Made by a program: the position numbers and the translations under genes | Shown here: positions 19,734 to 30,300 of the stretch, piece after piece | Position numbering within the stretch: the stretch's first letter is position 1 | Layout of the letters: every line of letters begins with the position of its first letter | Notes under the pieces: generated by a model | Database searches by the model: none | Told to the model about the DNA's origin: nothing | The model's input: only the letters and a program-made list of their open reading frames with translations | Assembly (NCBI GenBank): GCA_041615815.1 | Contig: JBFJCP010000018.1 | Location: forward strand, 31,350 to 95,349 | Direction: 5' to 3' | DNA length: 64,000 nt | Source of the DNA: Gemmatimonadales bacterium | Lineage (GTDB): Bacteria; Gemmatimonadota; Gemmatimonadetes; Gemmatimonadales; GWC2-71-9

Positions 19734-20746
19734 CGCGTCTCCATTCCCCTGATCGCTCCCTTGATCAGGTTGTACGCTGCCTGCCGCGATCGGCCCTCGG
19801 GATCTCGTTCCCCCGCAGGTGTCGACGCGATCCCAAGACCCGCTACCTTTTCGTACCGGAACATCTCCGTCAGTGCTGCTGCCAGTTCCAAGCTCGTTGG
19901 GCCATCGGGCACGGTGAGCGGATGACCGGCTACCTCCGCGGGATCCAGCACATCCATATCCACGTGCACGTAGATCATGTCCACTAGCTCCGACAGACGG
20001 CGCATCTGGGCGTGGAGGTTCTCCGAACGGCGGCGAATGTCCTGCACGGTGATCATCTCGATCTCGGAGCGATCCACCAGATCGGCCTCGAGCGGATCCA
20101 GGTCCCGCACGGCGCCCAGTACGATATGGCGGGTGGGAATGGCCGGCTCGAGTCCCGATCTCAATCGGAGGTTGGTGAGCGCCATTCCCGCCGCCACGGC
20201 CACCGGCATCCCCCCGAGCATCCCGCTCAACGTGGTTTCGGGAGTGTTGAAATCGCCGTGTGCGTCGATGAACACCATGCCCACCTTGAGGGGACGCCGT
20301 GTGGGGCCTGAATGCTGCAAGCCGCCGAGCGTTCCAATGAGGGACGTGCAGTTGGCGAGGAGACCAACATGCAGGTACCCGAGCTTGCGGTTGGCTGCCA
20401 CCATATCCGCGAGGTGACCGTTGGCGAGTCCCATGCGGTGCCACGCGCCGTAGTCTCGCTCTTCTTCGGGCAAGAGGCGCACGGTCTCGATCGGTTTGAC
20501 CCCTACACCCATGGCCCGCAGGGTGTCGGCGATACCACCCTGCTCCAGATAGTCCGGGACGATCGAGAGCTCGGGAACGTTCCGCGCCCCCGAATACGGC
20601 ATCTTGATCAGCGCAACCTTGACCGTGTGGTCTTCCTGTGCCGCGACCGGCGGTGTGAGGGAGAGCACCGCCAGCGAAGGGATCCCGACGATGAGCAACA
20701 GGGTAAGACGCACGAGCGACCTCGCTGGACCCACGAAGAATATCAT
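19730..20746 (-). CDS. Arginase/ureohydrolase-fold protein with a signal peptide
   Basis: DAHGDFNTP and HVDMDVLDP metal motifs; N-terminal hydrophobic segment ending VAA-Q. Confidence 0.85.
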   Translation of the reverse strand: MIFFVGPARSLVRLTLLLIVGIPSLAVLSLTPPVAAQEDHTVKVALIKMPYSGARNVPELSIVPDYLEQGGIADTLRAMGVGVKPIETVRLLPEEERDYGAWHRMGLANGHLADMVAANRKLGYLHVGLLANCTSLIGTLGGLQHSGPTRRPLKVGMVFIDAHGDFNTPETTLSGMLGGMPVAVAAGMALTNLRLRSGLEPAIPTRHIVLGAVRDLDPLEADLVDRSEIEMITVQDIRRRSENLHAQMRRLSELVDMIYVHVDMDVLDPAEVAGHPLTVPDGPTSLELAAALTEMFRYEKVAGLGIASTPAGERDPEGRSRQAAYNLIKGAIRGMETR

Positions 20747-20849
20747 TCGCTAAGAAACGCCCCTTCGGGAGCCTTGGCTAGTCTCTCATGCATCCGCGCG
20801 CTATAGTTCGCGAACCCCGAATCGTCGTTCCCTTCACCGGACGTACCCT

Positions 20850-23264
20850 ATGCAACGCGTTCTTCCGGCCTCGGTGATTATCCTCGCGCTGGCCATCCTC
20901 ACGCTTCCCGCGACCGCCCAAGATCGGTTTGGTGGTGCCGTCGCAGCCGACGACGGCATGGTGTATGTACTCAAACCGTCGCTGGGCCGCGGCCCGGCCG
21001 CCGTGTACGTCTACCGTCTGACGGACGACGGGACGTGGCAGCCAGGACCGCAGCTGCTGGTTCCTGCTGGAGATCGAACCGGTGAGGGTTTTGGCCAGTC
21101 CATCGCGACGAGCGGCGACATGTTGTTTGTGGCGAGTGGAGATCCTCAGGTCCGAATCGGTGCCCACCTTTTCCGTCGGACGTCGGAAGGGAGCTGGAAC
21201 GCGACGGCGAGCATCGTTCTGCCGGGAGCCGAAGGCGCCGCGGGCCTTCCTCCAGAGGCGACCCTAGACTTCGCTGCCATCTTGCGCATCATGCAGCCGC
21301 CGCCACGCGTTGTTGCGGCCCACGGCCAATGGGCGATCGTGTCGGTACCTGGCGGCCCCGCGCCAACCCGCGGTGTGTGGGTGCTGGAACGACGATCCGA
21401 CGAGTGGGCCGAAGTCGCGAAGCTGGAAGGCCAGGACCTCGGAGCCAACGATCTCTACGGTGCTGCCGTGATGATCCGTGACGACCTGGCCGTCGTCGGG
21501 GCGCCGCGGCACGGGACCGCCGGTGCCGTCTATGTCTTCGCGCGCCACACGGCGGGCGAGTGGCACCAGACGGGAAAGCTCGAACCCGATTCCGCGGCTG
21601 CCGTCCCCCGGGGTAGCGCATTCGGCAGCGCGCTTGCGATCGACGGTGAGACAATTCTGGTGGGCGTCCCCGGCGCGCGGCAGACGACGGGCCAAGTCCT
21701 CCTGTTCGCCAGAAACACCGACGGCAGTTGGCTTCGTCGAGGCAGCCTCGCTCCCTCGAGCGGCACTGCGGGTGACGGCTTTGGCAGCTCGCTTGCCCTG
21801 CATGGTGATGAGTTGTGGATTGGCGCCCCGCGGGCCGACGAATTCCGCGGGCGGCTATATCGATATGGTCGCACGGAAGCCGGTGAGTGGAGCGGCGGTG
21901 AGTCGTTTGCGCTCGAGGGTGCCGAGCCGCGTTTTGGCGTCGGCGCATCCGTTGCGTTGAGCGCACAAGTAGCCGTCGTGGGAGCGCCGTTTGCGGATGG
22001 TGGTTTGGGGCGCGCGGTGGTGTTCGCGCGGCGGTCAGACCGCACGTGGGGAGAGCCAACGTGGTTGAGTCCCGGGACTATCCTCGAACGCGTGGTGGGG
22101 CGGGAGGTCCGGTGCGCCGAGGGCAAGGCTGAGGGCTTCTCCTGCCAGAACGTCGATTTGCTGGCGTTCCTTCCCATTCGCGCCATCGGTGGTGGGCCAG
22201 GCGAGGGCGTGAGCGACTTGTGGGGGTGGACCGATCCCCATACGAAGAAGGAATACGCCCTGGTGGGGCGCTCCGGTGGCGTGGCCATCGTGGATATCAC
22301 GAGTCCCACGGGGCCGCGCTACCTCGGCGTGATCCCCGGAAACCGCAGCGGTGCGCGCGACATCAAGGTCTACAAGGATTACCTCTTCTTCACGGGTGAC
22401 GGGGCGGGGAATCATGGCTTGCTGGTGTTCGATCTCACCCGTCTGCGCACGGTCGAGAATCCGCCAGTCACCTTCGAGCCTGACGCCCGGTACGATGAGA
22501 TCGCAAGCGCGCACAACTTGATCATCGATACGGAGAGCGGTTTTGCGTTCACAGTGGGCAACCGCGACGGCGGCAACACCTGCGGTGGCGGACTCCACAT
22601 GGTGGACATACGCGATCCGTTGCATCCGACGTTTGCTGGGTGCTACACGGACACCGAAGGACTTATTTGGCCGGGACGTACCCACGATGCCCAATGCGTC
22701 GTCTACCACGGACCTGATGAGCAATACCACGGCCGCCAGATTTGTCTCGCCGCCAATGAGACCGCCCTCCGAATCGTGGATGTGACAGACAAGGAAAACC
22801 CCATTCCCATCGCGGCCGCCACCTATCCGGGGATCAGCTATGTGCATCAGGGCTGGCTCACCGACGACCAACGTTATTTCTACTTGGACGACGAGCTCGA
22901 TGAGCTGGTAGGCAGGACAGATCGTACGCGCACGCTGGTGTGGGATATCGCAGACTTGGACGATCCGGTGCTCGTTGGCCAGCACCTGGGGAGCACGGGC
23001 GCCACGGATCATAATCTGTATGTGAAGGGCAATCGCATGTACCAGGCCAACTACTACGCCGGCCTACGCGTGCTGGACATCAGCGATCCGAAGAATCCCG
23101 TGGAGATCGGACACTTCGATACCACACCGTATGAAGGGAACCCTCCGGGGTTTGGCGGTGCATGGACGGCCTTCCCGTTCTTCGAAAGCGGCACCGTGAT
23201 CGTTTCGAGCATGCACGAGGGCCTATTTGTGTTGAAGCCCAGGATGCAGGAGTTGTTGCCCTAG
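20850..23264 (+). CDS. Choice-of-anchor-B-like protein with FG-GAP and LVIVD-type repeats, exported
   Basis: Signal peptide; repeated FG.S.A..G...VGAP; DLWGWTDP, SAHNL, YVHQGWLT, DHNLY, GAWTAFPFFESG. Confidence 0.85.
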   Translation: MQRVLPASVIILALAILTLPATAQDRFGGAVAADDGMVYVLKPSLGRGPAAVYVYRLTDDGTWQPGPQLLVPAGDRTGEGFGQSIATSGDMLFVASGDPQVRIGAHLFRRTSEGSWNATASIVLPGAEGAAGLPPEATLDFAAILRIMQPPPRVVAAHGQWAIVSVPGGPAPTRGVWVLERRSDEWAEVAKLEGQDLGANDLYGAAVMIRDDLAVVGAPRHGTAGAVYVFARHTAGEWHQTGKLEPDSAAAVPRGSAFGSALAIDGETILVGVPGARQTTGQVLLFARNTDGSWLRRGSLAPSSGTAGDGFGSSLALHGDELWIGAPRADEFRGRLYRYGRTEAGEWSGGESFALEGAEPRFGVGASVALSAQVAVVGAPFADGGLGRAVVFARRSDRTWGEPTWLSPGTILERVVGREVRCAEGKAEGFSCQNVDLLAFLPIRAIGGGPGEGVSDLWGWTDPHTKKEYALVGRSGGVAIVDITSPTGPRYLGVIPGNRSGARDIKVYKDYLFFTGDGAGNHGLLVFDLTRLRTVENPPVTFEPDARYDEIASAHNLIIDTESGFAFTVGNRDGGNTCGGGLHMVDIRDPLHPTFAGCYTDTEGLIWPGRTHDAQCVVYHGPDEQYHGRQICLAANETALRIVDVTDKENPIPIAAATYPGISYVHQGWLTDDQRYFYLDDELDELVGRTDRTRTLVWDIADLDDPVLVGQHLGSTGATDHNLYVKGNRMYQANYYAGLRVLDISDPKNPVEIGHFDTTPYEGNPPGFGGAWTAFPFFESGTVIVSSMHEGLFVLKPRMQELLP

Positions 23265-23344
23265 CGCGGTGGTGAGCCGGTGTTGCAGGGACAGAAGGTG
23301 ATAAGGCCGATCTTGAATGTACTAGGCCGGTCTGCGAGGACAGT

Positions 23345-24193
23345 TTGGACTCACAGCTGAACGCGTTGATCGCTCTCTTGGAAAATCATCGATCGGTGGT
23401 CCTCGCCGGAGCTGGCTGTTCTACCGAGTCGGGGATTCCCGACTATGGTGGACTCGGCGCCAAACGCCGACGCCGTTTGGTGCAGTACCGCGCGTTCGTG
23501 GACGATCCGAGCATTCGGGTGCGGTACTGGGCCCGAAGTACCGTGGGGTGGCAGCGGGTAGCGCGCGCCAGACCCAATCCGGCGCATGCAGCCCTGGCGG
23601 CGCTGGAGCGCATGGGTTTGCTATCTGGCGTGATCACCCAAAATGTGGACGGCCTGCATCACCGCGCCGGCAATCGGCGAATCGTCGAGTTGCACGGCTC
23701 GCTGTCCAGAGTCCGCTGTCTGCATTGTCGTGGAATCGAGCCCCGTGTCCGGATGCAGGAGCGATTGCTCGCGATGAATCCGGATTTCGGCCACGAGCAG
23801 GCGCCATTCGCACCGGACGGAGACGCCGAGGTTTCCCATGGACGCTTCGGAACCTTCAAAGTCCCGGATTGCGTGACTTGCTGTGGGATCCTCAAACCCG
23901 ACGTCGTCTTCTTCGGCGAGAATGTTCCCAAGGAGCGCCTGGCAGAAGCCTGGAGGCTGTACGAGGATGCCGACGCGCTGCTGGTCGTGGGCTCTTCGCT
24001 CGCCGTCTTCTCGGGGTACCGCTTCGTCCTGCGGGCGACCGAGGATCGACGGCCCGTCGCCATCGTGAACGTGGGACCAACCAGGGGTGACGAACAGGCC
24101 ACGGTGAAAATCGAGGAGCGGGTGGGAACGGTGCTTCCCCAACTCGCGAACCGGTTGCGCGAACCCCGATCAAGGGGACGGCGAGCGGTCTGA
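23345..24193 (+). CDS. NAD-dependent protein deacylase, Sir2 family (SIRT4-like class II)
   Basis: [41 protein letters not shown], Zn-binding Cys pairs; TTG start. Confidence 0.92.
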   Translation: MDSQLNALIALLENHRSVVLAGAGCSTESGIPDYGGLGAKRRRRLVQYRAFVDDPSIRVRYWARSTVGWQRVARARPNPAHAALAALERMGLLSGVITQNVDGLHHRAGNRRIVELHGSLSRVRCLHCRGIEPRVRMQERLLAMNPDFGHEQAPFAPDGDAEVSHGRFGTFKVPDCVTCCGILKPDVVFFGENVPKERLAEAWRLYEDADALLVVGSSLAVFSGYRFVLRATEDRRPVAIVNVGPTRGDEQATVKIEERVGTVLPQLANRLREPRSRGRRAV

Positions 24194-24996
24194 TGGGCGG
24201 GATCGGGTTCTTTCGAACACCGCTGCCCGTGATCGGCGTCGTCCACTGCCCCCCGCTTTTGGGCGCGCCTGGCCAGTGTCTCGACGTCGCAGATATCGAA
24301 GCGTGGGTCCTGCGAGATGTCGAGGCGTTGGTCGCTGGTGGTGTGGACGGGATGATTGTCGAGAATTTTGGTGACGCGCCCTTTTATCCAAGTCGCGTAC
24401 CACCAGAGACCGTGGCCCACATGACGATGATTGCGCACCGTGTGCGTTCAACCACGGACGTGCCCTTGGGTATCAACGTTCTTCGCAACGATGGCTTCTC
24501 GGCGTTGGCCATTGCCGTTGCGGTCCACGCCCAGTTCGTGCGGGTCAACGTCTTTACCGGCGCACGACTCACCGATCAGGGGATCGTGGAAGGCGAGGCG
24601 CACGGACTGCTGCGGTACCGTAAGGCGCTTGGTCATGACGTCGCGATTCTCGCGGATGTGGCGGTGAAGCACTCGGCCTCGCTGGATCGACGGCCTCTCG
24701 CGACACAGGTCGAGGATACGATCCGGCGCGGCAAAGCCGATGCGGTGATCGTGTCCGGCGAAGGGACTGGTAAACCCGTAGCCGTCGAGACCGTACGGGA
24801 GGCGAAGCGAGCAGCGTCCGCGACCCCGGTAGTCGTGGGTAGTGGAGTGACGGTGTCCACCATCGATACCTTGGCAACGATCGCCGACGGGTTCATTGTG
24901 GGAACGGCATTCAAACACGACGGTGATGTCATGAATCCCGTCAGCACTTCCCGTGTCCGGGAGATCGTGAGCCGGGTGAGCGCGTACAGAGCATGA
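24193..24996 (+). CDS. BtpA/SgcQ family TIM-barrel protein
   Basis: VENFGDAPF, GINVLRND, DQGIVEG, ADVAVKH, VGSGV. Confidence 0.92.
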   Translation: MGGIGFFRTPLPVIGVVHCPPLLGAPGQCLDVADIEAWVLRDVEALVAGGVDGMIVENFGDAPFYPSRVPPETVAHMTMIAHRVRSTTDVPLGINVLRNDGFSALAIAVAVHAQFVRVNVFTGARLTDQGIVEGEAHGLLRYRKALGHDVAILADVAVKHSASLDRRPLATQVEDTIRRGKADAVIVSGEGTGKPVAVETVREAKRAASATPVVVGSGVTVSTIDTLATIADGFIVGTAFKHDGDVMNPVSTSRVREIVSRVSAYRA

Positions 24997-26081
24997 AAAT
25001 CTGCACTATCCTGCTGATCGTCGGCACGTCGAGTCCCTGGCTGCCTCTTGTGTCTCAGGAAATCTCATTCGAGAGCTACGAGCCCCGATCTACGCTCGTG
25101 GTCCCCGCGCATCCAGTGTCTCGCGCGAGATTCCCATTCATCGATGTCCACGCCCATCCTGACGGGCGCATGCCACCGGACTCGCTCGATCAACTGATCC
25201 GGGACATGGACGGACTCAACATGGCGGTCATGGTGAATCTCAGCGGCCGGAGCGGCGATCGGCTGCGCGAGATCGTGGAGAACATGAAGGGCCGGTATCC
25301 CGGTCGTTTCGTGGTTTTTTCCAACGTGAGTTTCGAGGACGTGGACGAGCCAACGTTTGGAAGGCGTGCGGCGCAGCAACTCGAAGATGATGTCCGAAGT
25401 GGGGCCAGTGGGCTCAAGATCTTCAAGAGTCTGGGGATGTGGATCACTGACCGCGACAGTAATCGCGTACGCACCGACGATCCACGACTCGATCCCATTT
25501 GGGCCAAGTGTGCGGAGTTGGGGATCCCCGTGCTGATTCATACCGGAGATCCTGCACCGTTCTGGGAGCCCCACGATCGATTCAACGAGCGGTGGCTGGA
25601 GCTCAAGGAGCGACCGCGGCGTAAACGCCCGCCCGAGCCCAGTTGGGAAACGATCATGCAGGAGCAGTGGAACGTGATTCACCGGCATCCGCGAACCACG
25701 TTCATCTCTGCGCATCTTTCCTGGCTCGGGAACGATCTGGGCCGGCTCGGGGCGCTGCTCGATTCGCTTCCCAACATGAACGTGGAGATCGGCGCGGTCC
25801 TGGCGGAGCTGGGCCGCCAACCCCGGTTTGCCAGGGATTTCTTGATTCGCTACCAGGACCGGGTGCTGTTTGGGAAAGACGCTTGGGAGCCCAGCGAATA
25901 TCACGTGTATTTTCGGACCCTGGAGACGGCGGACGAATACTTCGACTACTACCGGCGGCGGCACGCCTTCTGGCAGCTCTATGGCCTGGAACTCCCGGAC
26001 GAGGTTCTCCGCAAGCTGTATTACGGGAACGCGATACGACTCATCCCGGGGATCGACACCAGCCGTTTTACGGCGCCATGA
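24993..26081 (+). CDS. Amidohydrolase family 2 protein, probably exported
   Basis: IDVHAH, LKIFK, LIHTGDP, AELGRQP, RVLFGKD. Confidence 0.88.
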   Translation: MKICTILLIVGTSSPWLPLVSQEISFESYEPRSTLVVPAHPVSRARFPFIDVHAHPDGRMPPDSLDQLIRDMDGLNMAVMVNLSGRSGDRLREIVENMKGRYPGRFVVFSNVSFEDVDEPTFGRRAAQQLEDDVRSGASGLKIFKSLGMWITDRDSNRVRTDDPRLDPIWAKCAELGIPVLIHTGDPAPFWEPHDRFNERWLELKERPRRKRPPEPSWETIMQEQWNVIHRHPRTTFISAHLSWLGNDLGRLGALLDSLPNMNVEIGAVLAELGRQPRFARDFLIRYQDRVLFGKDAWEPSEYHVYFRTLETADEYFDYYRRRHAFWQLYGLELPDEVLRKLYYGNAIRLIPGIDTSRFTAP

Positions 26082-27787
26082 AGCGGCCGTTTGCAGGGAA
26101 AAGGACGTTCGAGACGCGGACCCCGATGAGGCTCTGCATCGTCGCAAGCGTTGCGGTCGCGGCTCTCTTCGCGATAGAGCTTTCTGCCCAAACGCCCACA
26201 CCCGAGATCCGTGCGGCCGAGTCCATCGTCGGTGATGGCATTCGCGGTCATATGGAGTTCCTCGCTAGCGACCTCTTGGAAGGACGAGGGACGGGGAGCC
26301 GCGGATACCTGATAGCTGCGCATTATGTAGCTGCGGAGTTCATGGCGTTGGGTTTCGAGCCGGCAGGTCCGGAGGCGAGTTACTTCCAACACGTCCCCTT
26401 ACGGAAATCGACGGTGGTACCGGAGGGCACTACACTCGCGTGGACACAAGCGTCGGGGACCACGACACTTACCTACGGCGAGCATTACCTAGGCTCGGCG
26501 GGATTCTGGGAAGAAGAGAGTGCGATCACAGCACCGGCCGTCTTCGTCGGTTATGGCATCACCGCACCCGAGTTCGGTTACGACGACTATGATGGCATCG
26601 ACGCCTCTGGCAAGATCGTAGTGGCCTTGGCCGGAGCGCCGCCTTCGCTTGGGCCCAACCCGGCAGCGCACTATTCCGGGGGAATCGCCAAGGCAGAGAT
26701 CGCCGTAACCCACGGTGCCGTGGGCTTCCTGTCCATCTGGACGCCCAGCTATGCGCAGCGACTGCCGTGGCTGGTGCTGCAGCGGCTCGTGCGTACCGGC
26801 TCGATGCGTTGGGTCGATCGGGAAGGTGCCCCCGCTCACGCACCATCCGAGCTACGGGGAGGCGCCACCTTGAACATGGCCGGTGCCGAGATGTTGTTCG
26901 ACGGTGCTCCACAGCCGTTGCGCACGGTCCTCGAAGCGGCGCGAGACGGGACGCCCGGATCGTTCGGACTCCCAGGACAGGTGACCCTCCGTGTAACGAG
27001 CCGTCACGAGGATGTCTCGAGTCCCAACGTCCTCGCGGTACTCAATGGCTCAGATCCTTCCCTCCGCAACGAGTATGTGGTCTTCACCGCGCATCTCGAC
27101 CACGAAGGTATTGGCGAGCCCATGGACGGCGATTCCATCTACAATGGTGCGTACGACAACGCCTCGGGGATCGCGGCCCTGCTCGAGGTTGCGAAAGCCT
27201 TTGCCAGACTTGCGGACCCGCCGCGGCGCTCCGTGATCTTCGTGGCCACGGCTGCCGAAGAGAAAGGACTCTTGGGCGCCGATTACTTCGTCGAGTATCC
27301 AACGGTGCCGCGCGAACGTATCGTCGCGAACCTCAACATCGACGGCAATCTGATGTTGTTCCCCACGGATGATCTCCTCGCCTTGGGTGATCGGCATTCG
27401 ACGCTCGGCGAGGCGGCGAAGTGGGGAGCGGCTCGTGTGGGGAGAACCGTCAGTACCGATCCCATGCCCGAGCAGACGCTGTTCATTAGGAGTGACCAGT
27501 ATCCATTCGTAAAGCGAGGCATCCCAGCACTGTTCTTCATCAATGGATTCGAGAGCACCGACCCATCGGTGAACGGCCTCGTCACCGTGCAGCGGTGGCT
27601 GGGTACCGCCTACCACACACCGAAGGACGATATGAGCCAGCCCATGCACTTCGACTCCGGTGCGGTCTTCAGTCGAGCGGTCTTTCTCATTGGGTACGCG
27701 GTGGCCAACGATCCCGAGCGGCCACGCTGGCACCCGGGTGATTTCTTTGGCGAGACCTTCGGTCGTCAGGCCGAGGCGAGGCCGTAG
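26078..27787 (+). CDS. M28 family metallopeptidase with a PA domain, exported
   Basis: LEGRGTG, AHLDH, NGAYDNASG, AEEKGLLG, NID, RSDQ, YHTPKD; alternative start at 26126. Confidence 0.92.
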   Translation: MKRPFAGKRTFETRTPMRLCIVASVAVAALFAIELSAQTPTPEIRAAESIVGDGIRGHMEFLASDLLEGRGTGSRGYLIAAHYVAAEFMALGFEPAGPEASYFQHVPLRKSTVVPEGTTLAWTQASGTTTLTYGEHYLGSAGFWEEESAITAPAVFVGYGITAPEFGYDDYDGIDASGKIVVALAGAPPSLGPNPAAHYSGGIAKAEIAVTHGAVGFLSIWTPSYAQRLPWLVLQRLVRTGSMRWVDREGAPAHAPSELRGGATLNMAGAEMLFDGAPQPLRTVLEAARDGTPGSFGLPGQVTLRVTSRHEDVSSPNVLAVLNGSDPSLRNEYVVFTAHLDHEGIGEPMDGDSIYNGAYDNASGIAALLEVAKAFARLADPPRRSVIFVATAAEEKGLLGADYFVEYPTVPRERIVANLNIDGNLMLFPTDDLLALGDRHSTLGEAAKWGAARVGRTVSTDPMPEQTLFIRSDQYPFVKRGIPALFFINGFESTDPSVNGLVTVQRWLGTAYHTPKDDMSQPMHFDSGAVFSRAVFLIGYAVANDPERPRWHPGDFFGETFGRQAEARP

Positions 27788-27790
27788 CGC

Positions 27791-28870
27791 ATGGCTACGC
27801 GACGCGAGTTCGTCCGCGCAGGAGCAGCGGCGGCGCTGACCGGGGTCATCCCTTGGGGATCTTCGCGCCGCCGGCAGGATCGAGCCATCATCATCGACGG
27901 TCTCGGTGAGATTCGTATCGATTATGAGATGGAGCTTCTCGACGAGATTCGTGCCACGGGCATGCGCGGCTGTGTCGTCACAGTGGGGAATCCCGCGCTG
28001 CATGGCTCCAAAGCCTTCCTGGATATGCGCCAGGAGATCGAGGCCTACGATCGCCATATCGCGCAACATCCGGATCGGCTGGCACGGGCCACGTCCACCG
28101 CTGGTTTTGATCAGGCAGCGAAAGACGACACAATCGCCCTTCTGTACTACACGCAGAACGCAACGCCTATTGAAGACGATCTAGCGCGACTCGAGATTCT
28201 GTACGATCTGAACGTTCGGATCGTTCAACTCACGTACAACACGAGAAACCTGCTTGGCGACGGGGCTCTGGAACGCACCAATGCGGGGCTCAGCAAGTTT
28301 GGGATCGAGGTCGTCGAGCGGCTGAACGAGCTACGGATGTTGGTCGACGTGTCACACTGCGGCGAGGCCACGACGCTCGACGGAATCCGGTTCTCCAGAC
28401 AACCGGCAGCAGTAACGCACGCGGGGTGCAAGGCAGTCTACGACCATCCAAGAAACAAGACGGATGAAGCGCTGCGGGCCCTAGCGGACAAAGGTGGCGT
28501 CATCGGTATCTATCAGATCAATCCGTATCTTGGAGCCAAGGAGCGAAACGACCTGGATGATTATCTGATGCATCTGGACCATGCGATCAACGTGGCAGGG
28601 ATCGACCACGTGGGAGTTGGGAGCGACCGGGAACACCGACGGATTCCGGATACCGCAGAAGAAAAGCAGAAGCTCATTGACGAGCTGGCAGAGCTCCGGC
28701 CAGTTACAGCGGCCACGTTTCGCTGGCCGTTTTTCCTTGCGGAACTCAATGGCCCGCGGCGCATGGAGACCATTCGCAGGGCGCTGGATCGCAGGGGACG
28801 CTCCCCTACCGAAATCGCAAAAATCCTCGGTGGAAATTTCTACCGGCTGTTCAAGGAGACGATCGGATGA
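27791..28870 (+). CDS. M19 membrane dipeptidase family protein with a Tat signal
   Basis: TRREFV twin-arginine signal; QLTYN, VDVSH, THA...HPRNK, HVGVGSD, GGNF. Confidence 0.88.
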   Translation: MATRREFVRAGAAAALTGVIPWGSSRRRQDRAIIIDGLGEIRIDYEMELLDEIRATGMRGCVVTVGNPALHGSKAFLDMRQEIEAYDRHIAQHPDRLARATSTAGFDQAAKDDTIALLYYTQNATPIEDDLARLEILYDLNVRIVQLTYNTRNLLGDGALERTNAGLSKFGIEVVERLNELRMLVDVSHCGEATTLDGIRFSRQPAAVTHAGCKAVYDHPRNKTDEALRALADKGGVIGIYQINPYLGAKERNDLDDYLMHLDHAINVAGIDHVGVGSDREHRRIPDTAEEKQKLIDELAELRPVTAATFRWPFFLAELNGPRRMETIRRALDRRGRSPTEIAKILGGNFYRLFKETIG

Positions 28871-30102
28871 ACACGAGTGTGACGAGAATGTTGCTGATCG
28901 CCGGCAGCGTGTGCATCGGATCGTCGGGCACGGCCCAAGAAGCAACGGATACGGTCGCGCTCGTGGGTGCCACAGTGGTCGATCCGGGGCGCGGTCGATC
29001 GCTGGCGAACGCCACGGTGCTGGTGGCCCATGGAAAGATCCTGCGTGTCACCGACACGCCGGGTGCGCCTCCCGCGGGAGTGCGTGTGATCCGTCTGGAC
29101 GGCCGCTACCTCGTACCCGGACTCGTTGATGGGCACGTGCACATCACCGATTTCGCAAGTGCTCGCCGGGCGCTGCACTCCGGCGTTACCACCGCCCGGA
29201 GCATGGGGGTCTCCCACTTTGCGGACGTGGGGCTGCGGGAGCTTGCGCGGGCTGGCGTCGTGGAGTCGCCGGAGATCCTCGCTGCCGGGTATCACGTCCG
29301 TCCGGAACCGGCAGAAGCGCTGTTTCTCGACGAACCCATGTTGGCGGATCTCATGCAAACAGGCGTCCACGGTGAGCTCGCCATGCGCCGGATGGGGCGG
29401 GTGATGATCGAGCGCGGGGTCGATTTCATCAAGACGAATGCCACCGAACGGGCAGGTCTTCCCGAGACGGATCCGCGGAAGCCGTTCTACAATGAAGCAG
29501 AATTGCGAGCGTTGGTGGAAGAGGCGCGGGCGGCGGAGATCCCGGTGGCTGCGCATGCCCACGGCGACGCCGGTGGCCGCGCGGCGGTGTTGGCGGGCGT
29601 CCGCAGTATCGAACACGGGACGTACCTGAGCAGCGAAACGCTCACGCTCATGGCGGAGCGGGGGACCTATCTGGTCCCCACGATCGCCGTGGTCTCGGAT
29701 CTGACGGTGCCAGGCGGTGATTACGACAATCCGGTGCTCAATATCCGCGGCCGACATATGCTCCCGAGGGTGCGCGAGATGGCGGCACAGGCACACCGAC
29801 GCCGCGTTCGGATCGTGGCGGCTACGGACACCGGGTACGGGCCGGGGAGCGTTCTGCGCCTGAGCCACGAGTTGATCGAGCTCGTGGGGATTGGCATGTC
29901 GCCCATGGAAGCCATCCAGTCGGCCACGACCGTGGCCGCGGAGTTGCTCGGTGTCGCGGACCATACCGGGCGCATCGCGCGCGGCTTGGACGCGGATCTC
30001 CTCGTCTTGGAGCGCAACCCGCTCGAGGACATTGGTGCTTATCAAGACGTGCTGATGGTGATCAACGACGGGAAGATCGTGGTCGATCGAACGTCATGGT
30101 GA
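28867..30102 (+). CDS. Metal-dependent amidohydrolase (Xaa-Pro dipeptidase-like), exported
   Basis: PGLVDGHVH, IK, AAHAHG, SIEHG, ATD; signal peptide. Confidence 0.88.
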   Translation: MNTSVTRMLLIAGSVCIGSSGTAQEATDTVALVGATVVDPGRGRSLANATVLVAHGKILRVTDTPGAPPAGVRVIRLDGRYLVPGLVDGHVHITDFASARRALHSGVTTARSMGVSHFADVGLRELARAGVVESPEILAAGYHVRPEPAEALFLDEPMLADLMQTGVHGELAMRRMGRVMIERGVDFIKTNATERAGLPETDPRKPFYNEAELRALVEEARAAEIPVAAHAHGDAGGRAAVLAGVRSIEHGTYLSSETLTLMAERGTYLVPTIAVVSDLTVPGGDYDNPVLNIRGRHMLPRVREMAAQAHRRRVRIVAATDTGYGPGSVLRLSHELIELVGIGMSPMEAIQSATTVAAELLGVADHTGRIARGLDADLLVLERNPLEDIGAYQDVLMVINDGKIVVDRTSW

Positions 30103-30227
30103 CCAAATGGGCAGAGGGCAGAGAGCGGTACGGATGTGAGTAGATGGCACAGGGTGAAGAATGCCGGTGAGAGGGCCGAGCCGCGCAGTGAGAGCTCGGA
30201 GTGCTGAAGTCAGGACCTTGTACGCAG

Positions 30228-30255
30228 AAGAAGAAAGCGCCGGCTCCCCGGCGCT
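30228..30255 (-). terminator. Probable intrinsic terminator downstream of the long GspE gene
   Basis: Stem AGCGCCGG-CTCC-CCGGCGCT followed on the minus strand by a UUCUUCUU tract. Confidence 0.55.
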
Positions 30256-30300
30256 CGGTGCATGAGAAAACGGTAGTCCCTGTGGCCTGTGCTCTCGACG

